Shown here: positions 16,429 to 24,000 of the stretch, piece after piece
Position numbering within the stretch: position 1 is the first letter of the stretch
Layout of the letters: every line of letters starts with the position of its first letter
Program-made: the position numbers and the translations under genes
The notes under the pieces: generated by a model
What the model saw: the letters and a program-made list of their open reading frames with translations, nothing else
What the model was told of the DNA's origin: nothing
Database searches by the model: none
From: Atopobiaceae bacterium
GTDB taxonomy: Bacteria > Actinomycetota > Coriobacteriia > Coriobacteriales > Atopobiaceae
NCBI GenBank assembly: GCA_017941705.1
Contig: JAGAVX010000102.1
Coordinates: 7,286 to 31,285, forward strand
Direction of reading: 5' to 3'
Length of the DNA: 24,000 bases

Positions 16429-17337
16429 CTAGTAGCAGTCCCAGTTGAAGAGCACGCGCGAGAAGTCGCCGCGGCTCAGCGCCTCTCCGTTGATGAAGAA
16501 GCCGCCGATGCCAACGTCTCCCCAGAGGATGCGATCCTTCTTGGTGTCAGGGTCACCTTCCGAGTCAACCTGCAGCAGGAGCGTGTCAAACTCGTCGGCA
16601 AGCTCGCCGTAGCGTGGGTCCGATTGGGTGAAGAACGGGTGCCCAAACACAAAGTGCGCGGGTTCGGGGGTCTTGAGCTCATCAAAGAGCAGCGACACGC
16701 CGTCGTTGTCGAGCAGGTCCCAGTAGCTGTCGCGTCCGGCCACAAAGTCGTCGCCCATGATCTCGCGGCAGCATGCGACGAACAGCTCGTCGATGCGTCC
16801 GTCGGCCGTGTTCATGGTGCTGGTGGTAGGCTCGATGCGCAACGCGAACTCCCCTGCGAGCACGTTGCCCAAATAGTCCTCGTCAAAGCCCATGAGCGAG
16901 GTGGGCATGCCAATCGCCTCGACCTGCTCGGGTGTGACTGCCGGGTCGACCACCTTGTGCCATATCACGCGGAAGCCGTTCTGCCGCGTGGAGTCGTCAA
17001 AGTCCATGCCCGAGCAGTCGTCCTCAGCATCGATGAAGAACTGCAGCAGCCCCTTGCCGGGAAGCCGCTCGTCATCGCCAAAGTCCGCGAGGTTCAGCTG
17101 GGCGAGCAGCATGAGCTTCTGCCCTTTGGGAGTTGCGGGATAGCCCAAATCTGCCGGCCAGTAGGGGAGGCCGCCAAACTTGGTGTCGGTGAGGCCCGGC
17201 TTGCGGCCAGCCTCGATTCTCAGCCGGTAAGCCGGCATGCTCGTGCGCTTGCGGATGGCCTCGGCAATCACTGGCACCTTGTCAGTCGGGACGAGCGGAA
17301 GTGCGGGAACCTGTGCCTTTTGCTCTTCCTGTGTCAT
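16429..17337 (-). CDS. DUF1963 / YwqG-family protein (302 aa), function unknown
   Basis: Family blocks present: TKFGGLPYWP, LLAQLNLADF, GLLQFFI, GHPFFTQSDP, LLLQVDSE and ILWGDVGIGGFFI. The RBS GGAGAGGTGA precedes ATG 17337, which lies 37 nt downstream of the psuG stop. Confidence 0.8.
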   Translation of the reverse strand: MTQEEQKAQVPALPLVPTDKVPVIAEAIRKRTSMPAYRLRIEAGRKPGLTDTKFGGLPYWPADLGYPATPKGQKLMLLAQLNLADFGDDERLPGKGLLQFFIDAEDDCSGMDFDDSTRQNGFRVIWHKVVDPAVTPEQVEAIGMPTSLMGFDEDYLGNVLAGEFALRIEPTTSTMNTADGRIDELFVACCREIMGDDFVAGRDSYWDLLDNDGVSLLFDELKTPEPAHFVFGHPFFTQSDPRYGELADEFDTLLLQVDSEGDPDTKKDRILWGDVGIGGFFINGEALSRGDFSRVLFNWDCY

Positions 17338-17374
17338 GCGCTCACCTCTCCTCTGTGGCCTTTTATGTCGCTTG

Positions 17375-18310
<936 letters not shown>

Positions 18311-18380
18311 GAGTTGCTCCTTTCGATGACAACCACATGGTAGAAAAGTTGCGGTCGTGCAGATGCGCCGTGATCGGAAA

Positions 18381-19325
18381 CTACAGGCTATCGTCGTATG
18401 ATCTGAGCGTTGACATGCGTTCGAGCAAATGACGCTCGCTCATGGCGGCACTCACGGTTCGGTCGCTCTCCACGGCGATGGCCGACGCGGCCAGGCCGGC
18501 AAGGCCGCTCTGCCGGAGGTCAAGGTCATGCAGGTGCGCCCAGATGAGACCTGCCATCATGGCGTCCCCGCCACCTGTGGTGTCGACGACGCGACAGGGG
18601 AGTAGGGGGAGCCTGCATGACTCGCTTTGCTCCGCGCAGTGGAGGCCGTCTGCCCCAAGAGAGATGAAGACGCGTTCGAGCCCTGAGGAGACGAGTGTCT
18701 GCGCGGCACGGTCGAGGGAGCTTCCGTCGTGGATTCTCTCCCCGCTGAGTGCCTCGGCCTCGAGCAGGTTCGGCTTGAGCGTATGAAGTGATCCAAGCAG
18801 GCCGCCGAGCTTCCTTGCCTTCACGGTCGAGATGGGGTCGCAGAAGATGGGGGCGCATACGTTGCGGGCCACCCATTCCAGCGTGGCAGCGGGGACGTTG
18901 GTGTCCACGAGCACGAGAGACGCTCCGTTAACCAGGTCTTTGCGCGCTTCCAGCCTCTCGCCAGTCAGTTCGTCGAGGATGGCCATGTCGTTGATGGCGA
19001 CCTGCATCTCCCCGTGGCTGTCGGTGACGTAGAGGTACGTGGACGTTGCGTGTCCCGGCACGGTAAAGGAGTGCGCGATGCCGATGCCTGCCTCGGTGCA
19101 TCCCTCGACGAGGCTGTCCGCCAGCGCGTCGCTGCCAAAGGTGGTGATGAGCTCGACGTCGATTCCCAGCAGTGCGAGGTTGTGGGCGATGTTGCGTGCC
19201 ACTCCGCCGTGCGAGAGTCGGATGGAGCCGAGGTTGGAGTCCCTGGCGACAAGCGGTCCGTTGGGTCTTCCGGCTATGTCCACGTTCGCTCCGCCTATGG
19301 CCACGACATATGGCCTGTCACGCAT
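18381..19325 (-). CDS. psuK: PfkB-family kinase, pseudouridine kinase type (314 aa)
   Basis: ATG 19325 is preceded by GGAGG. The N-terminus YVVAIGGANVDIAG resembles E. coli YeiC, and DTTGGGDAMMAG is the PfkB signature. It lies directly upstream of psuG. The 779-aa ORF-track entry is this gene fused to antisense read-through of deoB. Confidence 0.8.
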   Translation of the reverse strand: MRDRPYVVAIGGANVDIAGRPNGPLVARDSNLGSIRLSHGGVARNIAHNLALLGIDVELITTFGSDALADSLVEGCTEAGIGIAHSFTVPGHATSTYLYVTDSHGEMQVAINDMAILDELTGERLEARKDLVNGASLVLVDTNVPAATLEWVARNVCAPIFCDPISTVKARKLGGLLGSLHTLKPNLLEAEALSGERIHDGSSLDRAAQTLVSSGLERVFISLGADGLHCAEQSESCRLPLLPCRVVDTTGGGDAMMAGLIWAHLHDLDLRQSGLAGLAASAIAVESDRTVSAAMSERHLLERMSTLRSYDDSL

Positions 19326-19362
19326 GAAAACCTCCTTCGGATCAACACCGCCGTGCGAGGAA

Positions 19363-19460
19363 GCCTGTCCCCGATGCACGCCCGTGTGCATTGGTGCCTG
19401 TCCCCGATGCACGCCCGTGTGCATTGGTGCCTGTCTCCAATGCACGGGGGTCGTTTGGGT
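19363..19460. repeat. 33-bp tandem direct repeat (2 perfect copies plus 1 degenerate), each carrying the palindrome ATGCAC-N6-GTGCAT, in the psuK/deoB divergent intergenic region
   Basis: GCCTGTCCCCGATGCACGCCCGTGTGCATTGGT occurs at 19363-19395 and identically at 19396-19428. A third copy at 19429-19460 matches 16 of its first 18 nt and then diverges. GTGCATTGG (19419-19427) can also pair with CCAATGCAC (19437-19445). Confidence 0.9.
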
Positions 19461-19471
19461 TACTGAAAAGA

Positions 19472-19477
19472 ATGATA
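19472..19477 (-). promoter_or_regulatory. candidate -10 element (TATCAT on the minus strand) for psuK-psuG-DUF1963
   Basis: The minus strand reads CTGTCGTATCATTCTTTTC. This placement would put the tandem repeats in a ~140-nt leader or operator zone. Pattern match only. Confidence 0.25.
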
Positions 19478-19504
19478 CGACAGGCAATCGAGACTGTCCT
19501 CGCG

Positions 19505-19510
19505 TATTAT
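19505..19510 (+). promoter_or_regulatory. candidate -10 element (TATTAT) for deoB-deoD
   Basis: CGCGTATTATGTATG lies ~38 nt upstream of ATG 19548, with a GAGGG RBS. Pattern match only. Confidence 0.25.
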
Positions 19511-19547
19511 GTATGCGAATGCTTGAGTTGCGTGGAAACGAGGGCCT

Positions 19548-20738
19548 ATGAGTAAGCGCGTTTTTGTCATCGTGCTGGACAGCTTTGGCATCGGCGAGGC
19601 TGCCGACGCGGCCGCCTGGGGAGACGAGGGTTCCAACACCCTCTGCGCCTGCGCCACCAGCTCCTACTTCTCTATCCCCAACCTCACCCGGCTCGGACTC
19701 TGCAACATCCACGGGGCACTCGAGTCGGTCTACGCCCACAGCCTGGCGCCCATCGATGCGCCGACCGGCGCCTTCGCGCGCCTTACAGAGGCCAGCCAGG
19801 GCAAGGACAGCACGGTGGGTCACTGGGAGATGGCCGGCGTCATCTCGCCCAAGCCGTTCCCGACCTACCCTCAGGGCTTCCCCGACGAGGTCATCAGGCC
19901 GTTCGAGGAGGCTACGGGTCGCAAGGTCATCTGCAACCTTCCGTACTCGGGCACGAAGGTCATCAAGGACTACGGCCGCGAGATGGTCGAGACCGGCGCG
20001 CTCATCGTCTACACCTCCGCCGACAGCGTCTTTCAGATCGCGGCACACGAGGACGTCGTCCCGGTCGAGCAGCTCTACGAGTATTGCCACATCGCGCGCG
20101 AGCAGCTTCAGGGCGAGCATGGGGTCGGGCGCGTGATCGCACGGCCGTTCAAGGGCGAATGGCCCTACAAGCGCACGAGGCGCCGCCATGACTACTCGCT
20201 CGAGCCGACTGGCACCACGATGCTCGACGTGCTCAAGTCGGAGGGACGCGACGTTCTGGGCGTGGGCAAGATCTATGATCTCTTTGCCGGTCGCGGGACG
20301 ACCGATCACGTGCTGACCGCCAACAACCCGGACGGCATCGACAAGACCATCGCATGGATGGATCGCGACTTTGACGGCCTCTGCTACACCAATTTGGTCG
20401 ACACCGACATGATCTATGGCCATCGCAACGACGTGGATGGCTATGCCAAGGCAATCTCGTACTTTGACGAGATGCTGCCCACAATGCTCGACAAGCTTCG
20501 CGAGGACGACCTCCTCATGATTACAGCGGACCACGGCTGCGACCCCGTGACGCCCTCGACCGACCACAGCCGCGAGGACGTCCCTTGGCTCGTGGCGGGA
20601 CCGCGTGTGCGCGCCGGTGTCGACTTGGGAGTCCTTCCGACCTTTGCCGACCTCTCGGCGACGGTGCTCGACTACCTTGGAGCGTCCGCGTTGGACACCG
20701 GTACCAGCAGGCTTTCGCAAATCATCGCCGAGGGATAG
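19548..20738 (+). CDS. deoB: phosphopentomutase
   Basis: N-terminus RVFVIVLDSFGIGEAADAAAWGDEGSNTL. Also GKDSTVGHWEMAG, VYTSADSVFQIAAHE, DLFAGRG, TNLVDTDMIYGHRND and ITADHGCDP. Length is 396 aa. Confidence 0.92.
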   Translation: MSKRVFVIVLDSFGIGEAADAAAWGDEGSNTLCACATSSYFSIPNLTRLGLCNIHGALESVYAHSLAPIDAPTGAFARLTEASQGKDSTVGHWEMAGVISPKPFPTYPQGFPDEVIRPFEEATGRKVICNLPYSGTKVIKDYGREMVETGALIVYTSADSVFQIAAHEDVVPVEQLYEYCHIAREQLQGEHGVGRVIARPFKGEWPYKRTRRRHDYSLEPTGTTMLDVLKSEGRDVLGVGKIYDLFAGRGTTDHVLTANNPDGIDKTIAWMDRDFDGLCYTNLVDTDMIYGHRNDVDGYAKAISYFDEMLPTMLDKLREDDLLMITADHGCDPVTPSTDHSREDVPWLVAGPRVRAGVDLGVLPTFADLSATVLDYLGASALDTGTSRLSQIIAEG

Positions 20739-20785
20739 GAATCTCCCTCAGCTGCTTCATACAACCACTTCGAAAGGACTGACGC

Positions 20786-21502
20786 ATGCCCACTCCAACT
20801 CCTCACAACAATGCAGAGCTCGGCGATATCGCAAAGGTCGTGCTCATGCCAGGAGACCCCCTGCGCGCCAAGGTCGTAGCCGACACCTATCTCGAGGACG
20901 TGACCTGCTTCAATGAGGTCCGCAACATGCTGGGATTCACTGGCTACTACCAGGGGCATCGCGTCTCGGTCATGGGCAGCGGCATGGGTATGCCCTCCAT
21001 CGGCATCTACTCGTACGAGCTCTACCACTTCTATGGCGTGAACGCCATCATCCGCATTGGCAGCGCCGGCGGCATCAACAAGAACGTCCAGGTGAGGGAC
21101 ATCGTCTTTGGACAGGGTGCCTGCACCGACTCCAACTTTGCCTACCAGTATGGCCTGCCGGGAACCATTGCCCCCATCGCCGACTTCGGTCTGCTGCGCC
21201 GTGCCGTCGAGGCTGCCGAGCGCCGCGGCGCGCGCTACCACGTGGGCAACCTGCTCTCCACTGACATCTTCTACAACGCCTACAACTACATCAAGGAGTG
21301 GGACGAGATGGGAGTCCTCGCGACCGAGATGGAGGCGGCCGCGCTCTACCTCAATGCCGCGAAGGCCGGCAAGAAGGCCCTCGGCATCATGACCGTCTCC
21401 GATCATCTGGTCACCGGAAAGCAGCTTTCTGCCGAACTGCGACAAAACTCCTTCACTGAGATGATGGAAATCGCTCTTGAGGTGGCGGTATCCGAGGCGT
21501 AA
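20786..21502 (+). CDS. deoD: purine nucleoside phosphorylase, DeoD (hexameric) type
   Basis: Close collinearity with E. coli DeoD as I recall it: TPHNNAELGDIAKVVLMPGDPLRAKVVADTYLEDV, VRNMLGFTGYYQG, SVMGSGMGMPS, IIRIGSAGG and TEMEAAALY. Length is 238 aa. Confidence 0.92.
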   Translation: MPTPTPHNNAELGDIAKVVLMPGDPLRAKVVADTYLEDVTCFNEVRNMLGFTGYYQGHRVSVMGSGMGMPSIGIYSYELYHFYGVNAIIRIGSAGGINKNVQVRDIVFGQGACTDSNFAYQYGLPGTIAPIADFGLLRRAVEAAERRGARYHVGNLLSTDIFYNAYNYIKEWDEMGVLATEMEAAALYLNAAKAGKKALGIMTVSDHLVTGKQLSAELRQNSFTEMMEIALEVAVSEA

Positions 21503-21506
21503 GCGC

Positions 21507-21512
21507 TATAGT
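21507..21512 (+). promoter_or_regulatory. candidate -10 element (TATAGT) for the BMP lipoprotein gene, giving a ~115-nt leader
   Basis: CGCTATAGTGTTT (21504-21516) is identical to 9706-9718 and starts 2 nt after the deoD stop. Confidence 0.3.
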
Positions 21513-21630
21513 GTTTCTGGTTTGTGAATCAATGGGGTTCGCGGACTCGTGATTGGACGGGGGAGACCCCGTGAGCGTACGTGACCTACGGCAAAAGGCC
21601 GCAGGCACGCATACCAAAGGGAGAGTGCGT

Positions 21631-22701
21631 ATGTTCGATGCCAAGATGACTCGTCGTACCTTTGCCGCCACCATGGGTGCCGGCGCTCTTGCTGCCCTCG
21701 CTGGCTGCGGTGGCGGCGGTGGGGCTGCTGAAGAGGGCGGCGACGCTGCCGAGGGCAACGTCAAGCTCGAGATGGTCACCGATACCGGTGGCGTCAACGA
21801 CCAGTCGTTCAACCAGCTCGCCTGGGCAGGCATGCAGCAGCTCAACGCTGACAACGGCTGGGAGGTCAGCTACATCGAGTCCAAGCAGGATTCCGACTAC
21901 ATGACCAACCTCGATAAGGCCGTCGACGATGGCGCCAGCCTCGTGTGGGGCATCGGCTTTGCCATGGCAGAGGCTGTCAACACCGCTGCCGACCAGAACC
22001 CCGACATCAAGTTCGCGCTCATCGACGGCACCAACGACAACGGCGCCGAGAACCTGACGGGCGTTCTGTTCAAGGCCCAGGAGCCTTCCTTCGCCGTGGG
22101 TTACATTGCTGCCCGCATGAGCGAGTCCGGCAAGATCGGCTTCGTCGGCGGCATGAGCTCCGAGACCATCCAGCAGTTCGAGTACGGCTTCTACGCTGGC
22201 ATCGAGTACGCCAACAAGGAGCAGAGCAAGTCCTGCACCTATCAGGGCCAGTACGCCGAGTCCTTCGGTGATGCCGCCAAGGGCAAGTCCATCGCCCAGA
22301 AAATGATCAAGGACGGCTGCGACGTCCTCTACCACGCCGCTGGTGGCACGGGCGTCGGCATGCTCGAGGCCTGCAACGACGCTGGCGTCTGGAGCATCGG
22401 CGTCGACCAGGACCAGGCTGTCCTGTTCCCCGACTACAAGACCATCATCACCTCCGCTCTCAAGAAGGTTGACGAGGCCGTCATCAACGTCTCCAACGGC
22501 ATCATCGACGGCTCCATCGCCGGTGGCGAAAACATCATCCTCGGTGCTGCCGAGGATGCCATTGGCATCGCCCCCACGCATGACAACCTGCCCGACGAGG
22601 TCTACAACGACGCCCTCGAGGTCATCGAGAAGATCAAGGCCGGTGACATCGTGGTTCCCTCCACCGAGGCCGAGCTCAAGGATTACATCGCTTCCCTCTA
22701 A
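21631..22701 (+). CDS. BMP-family (PnrA/TmpC/Med-like) nucleoside-binding ABC transporter lipoprotein
   Basis: ATG 21631 follows an AAAGGGAGAG RBS. The signal MFDAKMTRRTFAATMGAGALAALAGC carries a Tat-like TRRTF and the lipobox LAGC (Cys codon 21706-21708). BMP blocks present: TDTGGVNDQSFNQLAWAGM, FALIDG, IGFVGGM and VWSIGVDQDQ. Confidence 0.85.
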   Translation: MFDAKMTRRTFAATMGAGALAALAGCGGGGGAAEEGGDAAEGNVKLEMVTDTGGVNDQSFNQLAWAGMQQLNADNGWEVSYIESKQDSDYMTNLDKAVDDGASLVWGIGFAMAEAVNTAADQNPDIKFALIDGTNDNGAENLTGVLFKAQEPSFAVGYIAARMSESGKIGFVGGMSSETIQQFEYGFYAGIEYANKEQSKSCTYQGQYAESFGDAAKGKSIAQKMIKDGCDVLYHAAGGTGVGMLEACNDAGVWSIGVDQDQAVLFPDYKTIITSALKKVDEAVINVSNGIIDGSIAGGENIILGAAEDAIGIAPTHDNLPDEVYNDALEVIEKIKAGDIVVPSTEAELKDYIASL

Positions 22702-22724
22702 GGTATATGGCAGAGAGAACGTGC

Positions 22725-22756
22725 AAGGAGCGTCCCTTTGGGGCGCTCCTTTTTTA
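22725..22756 (+). terminator. intrinsic terminator after the binding-protein gene
   Basis: AGGAGCG-T-CCC (22726-22736) pairs with GGG-CGCTCCT (22741-22750) around the loop TTTG. A run of T residues follows (22750-22755). Confidence 0.75.
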
Positions 22757-22860
22757 GATGCAGACATGCGCAGCGGATGCGGTTGATCCATCTTTGCTTG
22801 CGTGTTCGTTAAGCGATGGCAAAAAGAATGGGGCCGCCGCTAAAAATGCCTTAGGTGTCA

Positions 22861-22866
22861 TATAGT
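22861..22866 (+). promoter_or_regulatory. candidate -10 element (TATAGT) for the ABC ATPase gene
   Basis: TCATATAGTATTTGATG lies ~35 nt upstream of GTG 22901 and resembles TATAGTGTTTGATG at 9709. Confidence 0.3.
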
Positions 22867-22900
22867 ATTTGATGCAGCTGTCAACAAAGGGAGGTGGCAC

Positions 22901-24000
22901 GTGGAAGCAAGTCCCGAGTATGCGGTGCAGATGCATGGCATCCTGAAGACTTTTGGTGCCTTCACAGCCCTCGACCACGTGGATCTAGACGTCAAGAAGC
23001 AGACGGTCCACGCTATTCTGGGCGAGAACGGTGCCGGCAAGACCACGCTCATGAACATCCTCTATGGCCTCTACCAGGCTGACGAGGGCGACATCTTCAT
23101 GGGTGGCGAGAAGGTAAACATCACAAGTCCGACCGACGCGATCAAGCATGGCATCGGCATGGTCCACCAGCACTTCATGCTGGTCGAGAACTTCACCGTG
23201 ACCGAGAACATCATCCTCGGCGACGAGGTGTGCGGTGCCGCGGGCGTGCTCGATATGGGCCGCGCTCGCAAAGAGGTCATGGAACTGGTCGACGAGTACG
23301 GCTTTGACGTGGACCCAGACGCCAAGATCGAGGACATCACCGTTGGCATGCAGCAGCGCGTCGAGATCCTTAAGGCACTCTATCGTGGCGCCGAGGTACT
23401 GATTCTGGACGAGCCGACGGCTGTCCTGACGCCGCAGGAGATTGACAAGCTCATCGAGATCATGCATGACCTGATTGCCAAGGGCAAGACGATCATCATC
23501 ATCACCCACAAGCTGCGCGAGATCATGCAGTCCGCCGACGAGTGCTCCATCATCCGCCGTGGCGTCTACATGGGTACGGTCAACGTCAAGGAGTCCAACG
23601 AGACCGAGCTTGCCTCCAAGATGGTCGGCCGCAACGTCAACCTGACCGTGGAGAAGACTCCCGCTCATCCTGGCGAGACGGTGCTCTCGATTCGCGACCT
23701 GACCGTCAAGGACGATCGCGGCATCGAGCAGGTGCGCGGCCTCAACCTCGACATCCGCGCGGGCGAGATCGTGGGCATCGCCGGCATCGACGGCAACGGT
23801 CAGCAGGAGCTGGTCGACGCCATCACAAATATCGTCAAGGCAGAGTCGGGCAGCATCAAGATCAATGGCCAGGAGATCGTCAACACCACACCCCGCACGA
23901 CCTTCCTCAACAAGATCGCGACCATCCCCTCTGACCGCCATCGCTGGGGTCTGGTGCTCCCCTTTGCCGTGAGCGAGAACTCGGTGCTCGAGCGTCATAC
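22901..24000 (+). CDS. nucleoside/sugar ABC transporter ATP-binding protein with duplicated ATPase domains (BMP-system type), 3'-truncated by the window edge
   Basis: Not in the ORF track because it has no stop before the window end. GTG 22901 follows an AAAGGGAGG RBS. My translation reads VEASPEYAVQMHGILKTFGAFTALDHVDLDVKKQTVHAILGENGAGKTTLMNILYG (Walker A), LSVGMQQRVEILKAL-type signature region, ILDEPTAVL (Walker B) and IIITHKL. The second domain starts LSIRDLTVKDDRG...GIAGIDGNGQQEL, and the frame is open to 24000 (...IPSDRHRWGLVLPFAVSENSVLERH). Confidence 0.85.
   Translation, partial: MEASPEYAVQMHGILKTFGAFTALDHVDLDVKKQTVHAILGENGAGKTTLMNILYGLYQADEGDIFMGGEKVNITSPTDAIKHGIGMVHQHFMLVENFTVTENIILGDEVCGAAGVLDMGRARKEVMELVDEYGFDVDPDAKIEDITVGMQQRVEILKALYRGAEVLILDEPTAVLTPQEIDKLIEIMHDLIAKGKTIIIITHKLREIMQSADECSIIRRGVYMGTVNVKESNETELASKMVGRNVNLTVEKTPAHPGETVLSIRDLTVKDDRGIEQVRGLNLDIRAGEIVGIAGIDGNGQQELVDAITNIVKAESGSIKINGQEIVNTTPRTTFLNKIATIPSDRHRWGLVLPFAVSENSVLERH

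Noticed and set aside
19363-19460. Possible CRISPR array, considered because of the direct repeats
   Set aside because: The repeats are contiguous with no spacers. Only 2 perfect copies plus one degenerate copy are present, and there are no cas genes nearby. This is a tandem repeat, not a CRISPR array.
19326-20720. The upstream 465 codons of the 779-aa minus-strand ORF 18381-20720
   Set aside because: This part is antisense to deoB and crosses the repeat-containing intergenic region. The kinase homology begins only at MRDRPYVVAIGG (ATG 19325), which has its own GGAGG RBS.
21517-21630. Purine / 2'-deoxyguanosine riboswitch upstream of the nucleoside transporter
   Set aside because: I could not find the conserved purine-riboswitch junction and loop sequences in this leader. 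It is kept only as a generic structured-leader candidate in the findings.
21586-23998. Minus-strand ORFs 21586-22791 (401 aa) and 22985-23998 (337 aa)
   Set aside because: They are antisense shadows of the BMP lipoprotein gene and the ABC ATPase gene. The plus frames carry BMP blocks and Walker/ABC-signature motifs.

Overview
High-GC, densely coding chromosomal window. It looks like an anaerobic Actinomycetota (Coriobacteriia-type) genome, but that taxonomic guess is inference only. All calls come from reading the supplied ORFs and DNA by eye; no BLAST, HMM or folding software was run. I support 21 protein genes and found no rRNA, tRNA, CRISPR array, transposase or integrase. Many long ORFs in the track are antisense shadows of real genes, which is typical of GC-rich DNA. 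Layout: (i) 1-7930 holds cell-envelope glycopolymer genes: a 5'-truncated MBOAT O-acyltransferase, an alpha/beta hydrolase, a large secreted repeat protein ending in a Cys/His peptidoglycan-hydrolase domain, an ABC-2 permease, an ABC ATPase with an unusual N-terminal extension, and a GT2 glycosyltransferase. (ii) 8113-11043 holds an orphan GH1 6-phospho-beta-glucosidase, a DUF1295-like membrane protein and a small membrane gene that appears frameshifted at a G6 run. (iii) 11191-24000 is a nucleoside catabolism/salvage island: aroD, deoC, add, psuK, psuG, deoB, deoD, a BMP-family nucleoside-binding lipoprotein and the first ABC ATPase gene (3'-truncated; it has no stop in the window and is missing from the ORF track). 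Embedded in this island, on the minus strand downstream of psuK-psuG, are a DUF1963/YwqG-family gene and a YjjI-type short glycyl-radical enzyme with its YjjW-type activase. The most interesting signal is this uncharacterised radical-enzyme pair next to deo genes, because the same adjacency exists in E. coli (yjjW-yjjI next to deoCABD). Unusual non-coding structures surround it: a perfect 37-bp inverted repeat, a 20-bp long-range inverted repeat between enzyme and activase, and a 33-bp tandem repeat carrying palindromes in the psuK/deoB divergent control region.
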